64,000 bases of DNA from Parcubacteria group bacterium (GTDB taxonomy: Bacteria > Patescibacteriota > Minisyncoccia > Phycocordibacterales > UBA2135). Under the pieces are notes generated by a model. It saw only the letters and a list, made by a program, of their open reading frames with translations, had not been told where the DNA came from and ran no database searches. Shown here piece by piece: positions 18,202 through 26,267 of the stretch. Location of the stretch: the NCBI GenBank assembly GCA_016180525.1, contig JACPBB010000002.1, forward strand, positions 122,517-186,516, in the 5' to 3' direction. Both the position numbers and the translations under genes were made by a program. The number at the start of each line of letters is the position of its first letter. The stretch's first letter is position 1.

Positions 18202-19671
18202 TTATTCCACGTGATATCGTTTTCTGATTTCCGCAAGCTCTTTCTCTTCTTCCGCTTCGCGCTTCTTTTTTCCCGCCTCACCAAGTTTTTGCAACTCTTT
18301 GTCTTTGAGTTTCGCAAACTCAAGTGCTTTTTCTTCCAAATATTTTTTAGTATTTCGTTTGGGCTCATCAAGCACCTCTTCCAAAAGCGCGTGCAAAATC
18401 CAGCCAATGCGAGGCCCCGGTTTTTCCCCTGTGAGTTTCATAATCTCTCCTCCATCAATTTTTAACATACCAACAGTAACCGGCGCGCGCGCTGCCTCTT
18501 CAATCATTGATTCGTATTTTCGCAGGCGATACGGCTTTTCTTTTGGCCGTCCCATGCCGATTCTATCGCACGCCCGTACCTTCATTAAATCCCAGACATT
18601 GTCGGGGCCGACGTTTTTCACAAGCCGGCGTACCGCAGAGAGAGTAATTTTTTCAATATCACTAAAAAATAAGTGCCACCTAACAAGTTTCCCCACCGTG
18701 TCAATCATTTCATTTCCATATTTAAGTCGAGAAAGAGTGGCGCGGGCCACTTTTCCGCCGACAACATCATGGCCATAGAACGTCCAATCCTTTTTTTCGT
18801 CTGACCATCGGCGTGTTTCAGGTTTTGAGACATCATGAAAAAGCGCGGAGAGACGCACGTGGAGTGGCCATTCTCTGTCTGCAGAGTGTTGCACCGCACG
18901 CAAGTTGTGCTCCCACACGTCATATATATGGTCACCATTTTGCTCTATCCCAATGCCGACTTCTAACTCTGGAGTTATATACTTTAAAATTTCATGTTGA
19001 TGCAACAGTAAAATGCCACGCATAGGACTTTTTGACATCACAATTTTTGAAAATTCTTCCCGTATGCGTTCAATTGCTATGTGTTTGAGATTCCCTGCGT
19101 GTTTTTTTATTGCATCGCTTGTCTCTGTCTCAATTGCAAAGTCTAATTCTGTCGCAAGCCGCACCGCGCGCATGAGCCGAAGCGCGTCTTCGGCAAATCG
19201 CAGGTCTGCGGCTCCGACTGCGCGAATGACTTTATCTTTCAAATCCTGTTCTCCCTTAAAAAAGTCAAAAATGTCGTGCTTCACGGGGTCGTACGCGATT
19301 GCGTTTATGGTAAAATCCCTTCGCTTCAAATCATCTGCAAGTTTTTTACTGAATGTTACTTTATCGGGGCGCCGTTTGTCCGAATATTTTTCCTCAATGC
19401 GGTATGGGGTTACCTCAACAACCTTGAGTGATTTGTCTTTTGTGTCTTCATTAACAACACCAACAGTGCCATACTCATTTTCATAAAATGTGTTTTTAAA
19501 CAGTTTTTGTATTTCCTCAGGCGTTGCGTCTGTGGTGATGTCCCAGTCTTTTGGAGTTTTTTCTAAAAATAAATCACGGGTACATCCGCCCACAAGATAC
19601 GCCTCAAACCCCGCTTTTTGCAGAGTCTCGGCAATGCCGAGTACTTCTTTTGGAATCTTAAATTTTTGCAT
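18202..19671 (-). CDS. cca: CCA-adding tRNA nucleotidyltransferase with HD domain
   Basis: The N-terminal pol-beta nucleotidyltransferase motif GFEAYLVGGCTRDLFL...DWDITTDA is followed by a poly(A) polymerase head domain and an HD domain (LFHDVSKP). Confidence 0.85.
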   Translation of the reverse strand: MQKFKIPKEVLGIAETLQKAGFEAYLVGGCTRDLFLEKTPKDWDITTDATPEEIQKLFKNTFYENEYGTVGVVNEDTKDKSLKVVEVTPYRIEEKYSDKRRPDKVTFSKKLADDLKRRDFTINAIAYDPVKHDIFDFFKGEQDLKDKVIRAVGAADLRFAEDALRLMRAVRLATELDFAIETETSDAIKKHAGNLKHIAIERIREEFSKIVMSKSPMRGILLLHQHEILKYITPELEVGIGIEQNGDHIYDVWEHNLRAVQHSADREWPLHVRLSALFHDVSKPETRRWSDEKKDWTFYGHDVVGGKVARATLSRLKYGNEMIDTVGKLVRWHLFFSDIEKITLSAVRRLVKNVGPDNVWDLMKVRACDRIGMGRPKEKPYRLRKYESMIEEAARAPVTVGMLKIDGGEIMKLTGEKPGPRIGWILHALLEEVLDEPKRNTKKYLEEKALEFAKLKDKELQKLGEAGKKKREAEEEKELAEIRKRYHVE

Positions 19672-19686
19672 AACAAGAATTTCTGT

Positions 19687-19760
19687 TATGCACCCGGCAG
19701 GACTCGAACCTGCAATACGACGTCCGAAGCGTCGCGTGATATCCGTTTCACTACGGGTGC
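19687..19760 (-). tRNA. tRNA-Arg (anticodon UCG)
   Basis: The reverse complement folds as a cloverleaf: acceptor GCACCCG/CGGGTGC, anticodon loop CTTCGGA, T-loop TTCGAGT. Confidence 0.8.
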
Positions 19761-19958
19761 CTATATGTGTAAGAATACCCTACAATTATTTATAAATAAA
19801 GAAAGCGGGTCTTCGTCATGAAGACCCGCGAGTTTGTGTCGATGCTTCTCGCGCCGGCGGTACTTTTTCTTATCGCGTACGACGCGGGGCCTGAACTCCC
19901 GCGTGCGCACGGCTCGTGCGACCGGATTTCTCCGGGGCAGCCTCTTTCGCTTGCGCAT
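19761..19958 (-). CDS. small very basic protein (65 aa) with strong SD
   Basis: AAGAGGAGGT lies 7 nt upstream of ATG 19958. The product MRKRKRLPRRNPVARAVRTREFRPRVVRDKKKYRRREKHRHK... is very basic. The reading frame runs through a perfect 10-bp terminator-like hairpin (19803-19827) and stops at the tRNA-Arg gene edge. Confidence 0.4.
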   Translation of the reverse strand: MRKRKRLPRRNPVARAVRTREFRPRVVRDKKKYRRREKHRHKLAGLHDEDPLSLFINNCRVFLHI

Positions 19959-20096
19959 GGGGTGACCTCCTCTTGTTTCAAATACTAAGAATATATCTAA
20001 ACACGAAACTCATGTCCAGATATGTTCTTACTACAGTAACTTTTTAACTACGAAGATTCGTCCGGATTTTAATGCCCTCATTTTTTTAGGTCGTTT

Positions 20097-20828
20097 TTAT
20101 ATCTCCCTCGTGGCATTTTTACGGGGATATTCTAACTTTAACAGTTGGCTGACTTTGCTTCTTAAGTCTGCGGTTTGTGTTAATGAGTTCAGCAAATTGT
20201 GTATAATTCTTGGTGTTGGTATGGAGTAGTTATCATCTGGCAGTGATTCAATTTCTTTAATTAAATCAAGAATCGTACCCCTGATGTAATCTGGAGACCC
20301 CCATATTCCGACCCCCTCAGTGGCCTGAAATGGTTCGACGTGGCGAAGCCCGTTAAATAGCTCTTTTAATGACGTTGACCCATCTATTAATTTTTTAAAT
20401 TCTACAAAATTTCCTCTGTTTACATCTAATTTTTCACCTCCATTTTTTTGCCTCCCACCAGACTTGCTTACTTTATCGGCGGACATCACTTCGTATACCG
20501 AGGTCCTAGTTTCGACAATTAACTTGCCGTCTTCAACGCGCATAGCGCGCACATCGCTGGTGTGACCCATTGGTCCAAAATAAAGAGGTTCTCCAATTCG
20601 TATTTCTTGCATTAAAACGCCATCTATTGTCTCGCCTACCTCAACCTCAGAGTTTTGCCCCGCGCGCAATGAGCGTTTTTTTAAAATTACTTGCTCACCT
20701 ACTTGCGGCGCGCGAGGAGACTCTCTTTCTGCGCCCTTATCAACATCCTCCCACGCCTTATTTATCGCCTCTCCCTCGTCTGGAGGCATTTTTTTCGGTT
20801 GTTCAAATTTTAATTTTTCTTGGCTCAT
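20097..20828 (-). CDS. hypothetical protein (243 aa)
   Basis: A long ORF. No motif recognised. Confidence 0.5.
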   Translation of the reverse strand: MSQEKLKFEQPKKMPPDEGEAINKAWEDVDKGAERESPRAPQVGEQVILKKRSLRAGQNSEVEVGETIDGVLMQEIRIGEPLYFGPMGHTSDVRAMRVEDGKLIVETRTSVYEVMSADKVSKSGGRQKNGGEKLDVNRGNFVEFKKLIDGSTSLKELFNGLRHVEPFQATEGVGIWGSPDYIRGTILDLIKEIESLPDDNYSIPTPRIIHNLLNSLTQTADLRSKVSQLLKLEYPRKNATREI

Positions 20829-20899
20829 GGTTTTATAGTACTTTATAATTTTCTAACTCGCAAACGATACACTCTAACATTCTAAAGGATGTTAGAGTG

Positions 20900-21112
20900 T
20901 TACAACATATCAGAAATTGAAACTGTTTTTTTCTTTAAATTAATTAGTTTGTCCAAATATTTACTGATATGTAGACATTCAACGCCGCAGATGCCATTCC
21001 AATCTCTTTTCAGCCGCATGGTATTTTTATATTCTAGAAGTAAACGAACACCATCCGGCCCGTCCGCCAGTTGTTCTAATTTTTTAATCTCAATTTCTGC
21101 TTTTTGAGTCAT
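20900..21112 (-). CDS. small hypothetical protein (70 aa)
   Basis: ORF only. Confidence 0.35.
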   Translation of the reverse strand: MTQKAEIEIKKLEQLADGPDGVRLLLEYKNTMRLKRDWNGICGVECLHISKYLDKLINLKKKTVSISDML

Positions 21113-21404
21113 AATTTTTATTTAATTTTTGTTTAGATTAAATTACGAAGAGCATCGTGCCCGTCTCTGTTATTAATATGTTTATAGTTGTTGAGGCGGG
21201 CACAATGCTCCCCGCAATTCCGCATAAAGCGGAGTCGGAAGAGCGCGTTCTATGCTGATGTATAAAAGAGCCGTATCTGTTGACGATGAAATGCGTTTGA
21301 AAAATTTTGCGCTGTTTGTATGTGAAGGCCATCCCCTTCCGGGGCGCATCATTTTGATTAAATGCCTTGTCATACCGAGCGTAAAAAATTTTTTCAAACA
21401 GCAC

Positions 21405-21694
21405 CTCTCTCCAAGCCCTCTATTACACCAATGTCTAAAGCATGATAGAGAGCTCGGAAAGGGGGGCGACGACTACTTATTGCTTTTTATGTCGTCGCCC
21501 GAGCGCAAGTCAGCCAACATGGCTTGTGGGAGCTGGCGCAAACCAGCGGCGCCTCGCGCTGCGATAGTTATTTATTGAGTTATTGCTGTGGCACTTACCT
21601 CCGAAGATACACCAGAGAGGCACGTGCCACAGCAACAAACTTGTATTACTGTCAACTCTGTGTGCTATTATACTTTTTTAAATAATTTTGTCAA
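21405..21694 (-). ncRNA. candidate structured RNA/leader driven by strong promoter
   Basis: The minus-strand TTGACA-16-TATAAT promoter is at plus coords 21667-21694. The transcript is GC-rich, with a 12-bp stem (UUGCUGUGGCAC/GUGCCACAGCAA) and a GCGACGAC/GUCGUCGC stem. The downstream ORF 21138-21404 looks weak. Confidence 0.3.
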
Positions 21695-22262
21695 GTACTA
21701 ATGATATATTCTTAAATTTTCTTTCGCACACATAAAAAATATCCTTATTTTTTAATGATTTTTCAGAAACTGCTAAAAGTCAGTACTTTTTGACAAAATG
21801 GTTTTTTGAAATGTTACAGGAATGATTTTTATTTTATTTGTCAAAAATACTTGACAGAAATATTGCTATATGCTATACTCTTAATAATTCTGGCAGGAGC
21901 ATGTCTTGCCAGAAACGCAGTGGGACTTCTCCCCTGCGAAACCCTGAGGAGGGGTTTACTATGTCCTCGTCATCCGGCACACGTTTGGCAACAATAATTG
22001 GCCATAAAAAGCAGGAAAAACGAAGACAAGCTGTCCACACAAATGGATCCGCCGACTTGCGGACGGGCGGCAAAGACACGTTACGTGCGTCCCTCCTCGT
22101 AACCACAGGAGGGATGCCATGATTTTATCTGGCGGAAGCGGTTGGTAATAATCTCCCACTAAAACTTTTTAACTTTTAAAAGTTTACACGAAAATATAAG
22201 AGATAGAAAAAGAGGCCGTCGTGCTCTTGCATCGCGGCCCTTACTTTTTATTTTATTTACTT

Positions 22263-23018
22263 TTATTTTTCTCCAACCTCCCAAACAACAGCAAAAACAG
22301 ACTTCATGCTTTTTGTAATTTCATCACTTTCTATGATTACTCCGAATAACTTTTCTTTCAAAGCCATAAGGACAACTTTATTATCAAAAATAATCATATC
22401 ACTACTTAAGTTTAATTTTTCTTGAGGAAAGTACTTTCTTTCGGTAAGTTTTTGGGTAAGTTTTATATCTTCATTTGTAAATTTTCCCTCTTTATTTGTA
22501 TAAATAATTTTTGAATGTATATTATTTGCAATTCGTTTTTTTGAATACGCGTCTCTTTCTTTATCTGAAAATACGGCTGACAATGCATCGTGCGAATAAA
22601 TAATAAACCACTCTTTGTTTTTTGCCTTAAGCATTTCTTCCCGTATTGTGAGTAGCCCCTCTTTTCCTTCAAAAAATCTAACGCGCGGGCGCACGCCAGC
22701 GTGTTCAAATATTTTCTTTAAGTCTGGAAGCAGTTTCTCAAGTTCTTTTTCTTTGCGCGCTGTTTCCGTCTTTTTTGCGATAATAATTCTTTCCAGATGT
22801 TCAGGTGACTCTGCGGCAAAATATGTCTTTTTCCCTTCGTCAAATGAGCTCAAAAGCCCTTTTTGCATGAGAGACTCAATTTGTACGTATGTGGTGGGAC
22901 GTTTCACCCCCGCATGTTTTGAAATTTCCTCTGCTGTTGCCTTTCCAATTTCCAAAGACGCAAGGTATACCCGCGCCTCATTTTCTGAAAGTCCAAATTC
23001 TTGAAGTTCTTTTAGCAT
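22263..23018 (-). CDS. TrmB-like winged-helix transcriptional regulator (paralog 2)
   Basis: The N-terminal HTH FGLSENEARVYLASLEIGKATAEEISKHAGVKRPTTYVQIESLMQKGLL has the same architecture as paralogs 1 and 3. Confidence 0.7.
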   Translation of the reverse strand: MLKELQEFGLSENEARVYLASLEIGKATAEEISKHAGVKRPTTYVQIESLMQKGLLSSFDEGKKTYFAAESPEHLERIIIAKKTETARKEKELEKLLPDLKKIFEHAGVRPRVRFFEGKEGLLTIREEMLKAKNKEWFIIYSHDALSAVFSDKERDAYSKKRIANNIHSKIIYTNKEGKFTNEDIKLTQKLTERKYFPQEKLNLSSDMIIFDNKVVLMALKEKLFGVIIESDEITKSMKSVFAVVWEVGEK

Positions 23019-23129
23019 AGTAATAATTATACTCTAAAAATCTGTATGAAAATATCTAAAAAGAGCTCCGCGTGAAGCGCGGAGCAAGTTGCCAACAAAA
23101 TGGAGTTTAAAAAATAAAGATAAAGAGCT

Positions 23130-23568
23130 AGAGAGAGTTGGGGGGTTTGGGTTCCAAGGTACCCCCCGAACCTCGTTGCCGTGTCGCTTTAAGCGCCGTG
23201 AGGCACTGTTAGGCGGCAGCGGCTAGCCCGAATCCCTGCTCCGGTGCCATCGCGGCGAAGAAATTGCCGTGACGTACATCAGTAGGGATCCGGACCGTTC
23301 CGTTATCGTTGACATTTTGGTCAGTTAGATCTCTTTTACTCTGCCCGAAGGCAGGGTGTGCTCGCTTTTGTCACGCGCGTCGATCCTATTTCGCCCCCCT
23401 CAGGAATGCATACAGGTGGGACTTGAACCACACTTCAGCCGTTTTGGGCTTACCGGAGCGTGAAGCTCCCGCATTTCCCCTTTCGGGCTGTATGCATTCT
23501 TGGTGGAGGCGCCGGGTACTGCCCCCGGGTCTGCGACGTCTATTCTGCAGGCACGAGCTCAACCAACC
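23130..23568 (-). ncRNA. ssrA: tmRNA (ssrA), circularly permuted two-piece gene arrangement
   Basis: On the minus strand an extended -10 TGATATAAT promoter (plus 23576-23584) is followed by an acceptor piece ending ...CCGGGGGCAGUACCCGG CGCCUCC A CCA (CCA at plus 23501-23503). Next comes an intervening element closed by a perfect 12-bp stem GAAUGCAUACAG/CUGUAUGCAUUC (plus 23402-23500) that contains a T-arm-like GUGGUUCAAGUCCCAC. The coding piece starts GGGGGCGAAAUAGGAUCGACG (plus 23399 downward). 5' GGGGGCG pairs with 3' CGCCUCC, giving a G3:U70 wobble. GGAUCGACG matches the conserved tmRNA GGAUUCGACGGG. An in-frame tag ORF GCA CCG GAG CAG GGA UUC GGG CUA GCC GCU GCC GCC UAA encodes (A)PEQGFGLAAAA (plus 23209-23247). 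The 3' end of the coding piece (GGCAACGAG) pairs with the 5' end of the acceptor piece (CUCGUGCC). Confidence 0.7.
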
Positions 23569-23693
23569 GCTATCTATTATATCAGATTTTATTTAAAATG
23601 CAAGCGTTTAAACCTAAATTTAAGCGGCTTATTGAAGAAAAAGAAAAAGCATAGTAGAATTCCTATATTCAATCTTCTTGTTTCCGTAGTTTT

Positions 23694-23727
23694 GCGGGCC
23701 TGCCCGCCGAAGCCTGCGGAAGCAGGC
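23694..23727 (+). other. two GC-rich hairpins immediately 5' of tRNA-Gly(GCC)
   Basis: GCGGGCctGCCCGC lies at 23694-23707 and GCCTGC-GGAA-GCAGGC at 23712-23727. They are preceded by a GCGGG copy of the tRNA 5' end. Confidence 0.5.
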
Positions 23728-23731
23728 GAAG

Positions 23732-23802
23732 GCGGGTATGGTTCAATGGTAGAACATCTGGTTGCCAATCAGATGATGGGAGTTCGATTCTCCCTACCCG
23801 CA
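23732..23802 (+). tRNA. tRNA-Gly (anticodon GCC)
   Basis: Acceptor GCGGGTA/TACCCGC, anticodon loop TTGCCAA, T-loop TTCGATT. Confidence 0.85.
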
Positions 23803-23803
23803 T

Positions 23804-24100
23804 ATGGAAAAACTTCCTAAAAACCCCACTGGTGCAGAAATACAAGAATTCGTCTCTAAACAAGAAGCAGAGTTAAAAGAAAACCTGAATTCACTTGTTG
23901 AACTTTTTAATTTAAAAGTTTTAAGAGAGGGGCACGATTTTTCTAGCCCAATATTAGTTGTTGAAGCGGCTGATGGGGGTGAGGCAAAAATAGGATTTCC
24001 AGATGGCCTTAAATATCCTCCCTGTGCAACTAAAAAAATAAAAGATGTTCCAATGTCAGTGTATGGCCATGGTCCTTGGGCATACCACATAGATATTTAA
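23804..24100 (+). CDS. small hypothetical protein (98 aa)
   Basis: The ORF starts 2 nt after the tRNA. No motif recognised. Confidence 0.4.
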   Translation: MEKLPKNPTGAEIQEFVSKQEAELKENLNSLVELFNLKVLREGHDFSSPILVVEAADGGEAKIGFPDGLKYPPCATKKIKDVPMSVYGHGPWAYHIDI

Positions 24101-24375
24101 ACAAATTTTTATAGTTTTACTGAAAAATAAGGATAGATTGTCAGAAAACTGTGCATAACTATGTGGATATGTGTATAAAGGACAAAAAATGTCCTTTATA
24201 TTTTATAAGAATAGGCTTGTCGCTGCGTAATCTCAAACTTTCGCAAGGTAAGGGTTGGAAATACAGCTAAGCATTATTCTTATAAAAGTTTCACATGAAA
24301 CATTTACAAAGAATAACTATTATTTTTTAAAAGTTTTGCTTATTATTTGGAATTACTTCACACAATTAATGTTTC

Positions 24376-24801
24376 ATGAATAACGCAAAAAATCATAAAA
24401 AACCTGAACATTTAAAAATAGGAGCTTTAGGAGAAGATATTACCTGCCGCTTTTTAAAACAAAAAGGATTCAAAATAATTGAAAGAAATTATAGAAAGAA
24501 ATGGGGGGAGATAGATGTTGTTGCAGAAAAAGAAAATATTTTACGTTTTGTTGAAGTAAAATCTGTTTCACGAATAACGTCAGATGAAAATGTTATTCAT
24601 GAAACATCTGAAAGGAGATATCGTCCAGAAGACATGGTGCACCCATGGAAAGTAAAAAGGATGCAAAGAGTAATTCAGTCATATCTTTTTGAAAAAAATA
24701 TTTCAGAATATATAAAATGGCAGTTTGATATAGTTGCTGTTGAGATTGATCAAAATAGAAAAACCGCAAAAGTGCGTTTTATTGAAAATATGATATTGTA
24801 A
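24376..24801 (+). CDS. yraN: UPF0102/YraN-family putative endonuclease
   Basis: LGEDITCRFLKQKGFKIIERNYRKKWGEIDVVAEKENILRFVEVKS is typical of the YraN family. Confidence 0.7.
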   Translation: MNNAKNHKKPEHLKIGALGEDITCRFLKQKGFKIIERNYRKKWGEIDVVAEKENILRFVEVKSVSRITSDENVIHETSERRYRPEDMVHPWKVKRMQRVIQSYLFEKNISEYIKWQFDIVAVEIDQNRKTAKVRFIENMIL

Positions 24802-24809
24802 TAAAAAGA

Positions 24810-24852
24810 TTGTTTCATGAATAACACTTTAAAAATGTTATTCATGAAACAA
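24810..24852. repeat. perfect 17-bp inverted repeat (TTGTTTCATGAATAACA-9nt-TGTTATTCATGAAACAA)
   Basis: The left arm repeats the 15-mer TGTTTCATGAATAAC that overlaps the yraN start codon (24370-24384). Confidence 0.6.
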
Positions 24853-24984
24853 TGAGCGGAAATGCTCAATAAATATATTTTAAAAGACAAAACAACGTGT
24901 CTTTTTGCTTGTCTTTTACGGGCTGTAGCCCCGACGCAAAGTCGGGGTCCCGACCTCGGGGCGCGTCGGGATATATAAAATAAG

Positions 24985-25055
24985 CGGGCTGTAGTATATC
25001 GGCAGTACACATGCATGGGGTGCATGTAGGCCGGGTTCGATTCCCGGCAGCCCGA
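24985..25055 (+). tRNA. tRNA-Pro (anticodon GGG)
   Basis: Acceptor CGGGCTG/CAGCCCG, anticodon loop ATGGGGT, T-loop TTCGATT. It is preceded at 24919-24928 by a duplicate of its first 10 nt plus two GC hairpins (24929-24971). Confidence 0.8.
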
Positions 25056-25168
25056 CTGAGTGAAGCGAAGGAGGGATGATTGCAGTTGAGGAGCGGAAGC
25101 GACGAAATACTGAGGTCAATAGACCGAATGTGCCCGAACGGAAATAAAAAAAACATGTGCATTAAAAA

Positions 25169-25239
25169 CGGGCTGTAGTATACCGGTAGTACGCACGCTT
25201 CGGGAGCGTGTAGATCGGGTTCGATTCCCGACAGCCCGA
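25169..25239 (+). tRNA. tRNA-Pro (anticodon CGG)
   Basis: Acceptor CGGGCTG/CAGCCCG, anticodon loop TTCGGGA, T-loop TTCGATT. Confidence 0.85.
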
Positions 25240-25241
25240 TT

Positions 25242-25478
25242 ATGGAAAATGATAAAAATTTGAAAATTGAGGTGAGGGATAAAATGATAACGTATCTGAC
25301 TGCGGCATTTGGACTTGTGGTGGGTTTGGCGTGGAATGATGCGGTAAAAGCGTTTATTGAGTTTGTATTTCCTATTCAAAAAGATTCGCTGTGGGCGAAG
25401 TTTGGATACGCATTTGTTCTCACTGTTGTTTTTGTTTTGATTACCATATATATTGCTCGTTTGTTTAAAAAACAGTAG
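25242..25478 (+). CDS. small membrane protein (78 aa, 2 TM)
   Basis: Hydrophobic segments ITYLTAAFGLVVGLAW and FGYAFVLTVVFVLITIYIA. Confidence 0.5.
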   Translation: MENDKNLKIEVRDKMITYLTAAFGLVVGLAWNDAVKAFIEFVFPIQKDSLWAKFGYAFVLTVVFVLITIYIARLFKKQ

Positions 25479-25493
25479 TATTGAAAGACAGAA

Positions 25494-26012
25494 ATGATAT
25501 TAACGAAAAGCAAAATTTTAGAAGAGATTAAAAAAGGCTCAGTGAAAATTGAGCCATTTTCTGAAGAACAAGTGACTGCTGCCTCTATAGATTTGCATTT
25601 AGGCAATGTGTTTAAGGTACTGGTTAAAGCAGGCCACTCTATTATTGTAGATAATGAACTTACTGACGCAGAACAATATGCAAAACCAATTCATCTCAAA
25701 GAAGAAGAGACAATAACGATACAGCCTAATGAAACGATTCTCGGCGTTACAAAAGAAAAGGTAACGTTTCCGTCTGACATCGCGGGGAGAATAGAAGGAA
25801 GGTCGCGGTTCGCGCGCATCGGGCTTGGGGTGCACATTACTTCCGGCTTTATTCATCCGGGCGCGGACAACATACAAGTGCTTGAAATTTCAAACATGTC
25901 GCCGAATGAACTGGTGTTAAAACCAGGGCTTAAAATTTGCCAGATTGTGCTTGAGCGCTGCGAAGGGGGAGAGACATACGCGGGAAAATTTCAAGGACAG
26001 ACCGAACCGTAA
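25494..26012 (+). CDS. dcd: dCTP deaminase (dUTPase-fold)
   Basis: MILTKSKILEEIKKGSVKIEPFSEEQVTAASIDLHLG...GRIEGRSRFARIGLGVHITSGFIHPGA is characteristic of the Dcd family. Confidence 0.85.
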   Translation: MILTKSKILEEIKKGSVKIEPFSEEQVTAASIDLHLGNVFKVLVKAGHSIIVDNELTDAEQYAKPIHLKEEETITIQPNETILGVTKEKVTFPSDIAGRIEGRSRFARIGLGVHITSGFIHPGADNIQVLEISNMSPNELVLKPGLKICQIVLERCEGGETYAGKFQGQTEP

Positions 26013-26050
26013 GCTAGCTATTAGGAGTTAGTTTAATTTCAATATAATCA

Positions 26051-26124
26051 TGGGCGGCTAGCTCAGCTGGTTAGAGCGCTGTCCTCACACGACAGAGGTC
26101 ACAAGTTCGAATCTTGTGCCGCCC
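26051..26124 (+). tRNA. tRNA-Val (anticodon CAC)
   Basis: Acceptor GGGCGGC/GCCGCCC, anticodon loop CTCACAC, T-loop TTCGAAT. Confidence 0.85.
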
Positions 26125-26129
26125 ATTTA

Positions 26130-26200
26130 GGGGCCTATAGTAAAGTGGTATTACGCGGCATTCGCATTGCCGAGTCCGGGGTTCGACTCCCCGTAGGTCC
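26130..26200 (+). tRNA. tRNA-Ala (anticodon CGC)
   Basis: The acceptor GGGCCTA/TAGGTCC has a G3:U70 pair. Anticodon loop TTCGCAT, T-loop TTCGACT. It is followed by CCC. Confidence 0.8.
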
Positions 26201-26210
26201 ACCCAAAAAA

Positions 26211-26236
26211 ACATCCCGACAGCTGTCGGGATGTTT
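26211..26236. terminator. bidirectional terminator (A7-CATCCCGACAGCTGTCGGGATG-T6)
   Basis: A perfect palindrome flanked by an A-run and a T-run, lying between the tRNA operon and the convergent regulator gene. Confidence 0.7.
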
Positions 26237-26267
26237 TTTGTTTCGCAATAGTTTTTCTGAATAAATT

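Noticed and set aside
21138-21404. ORF 21138-21404 as a protein gene
   Set aside because: It is kept only as context for the upstream RNA. The translation has no motifs and an odd composition. It is not listed as a confident CDS.
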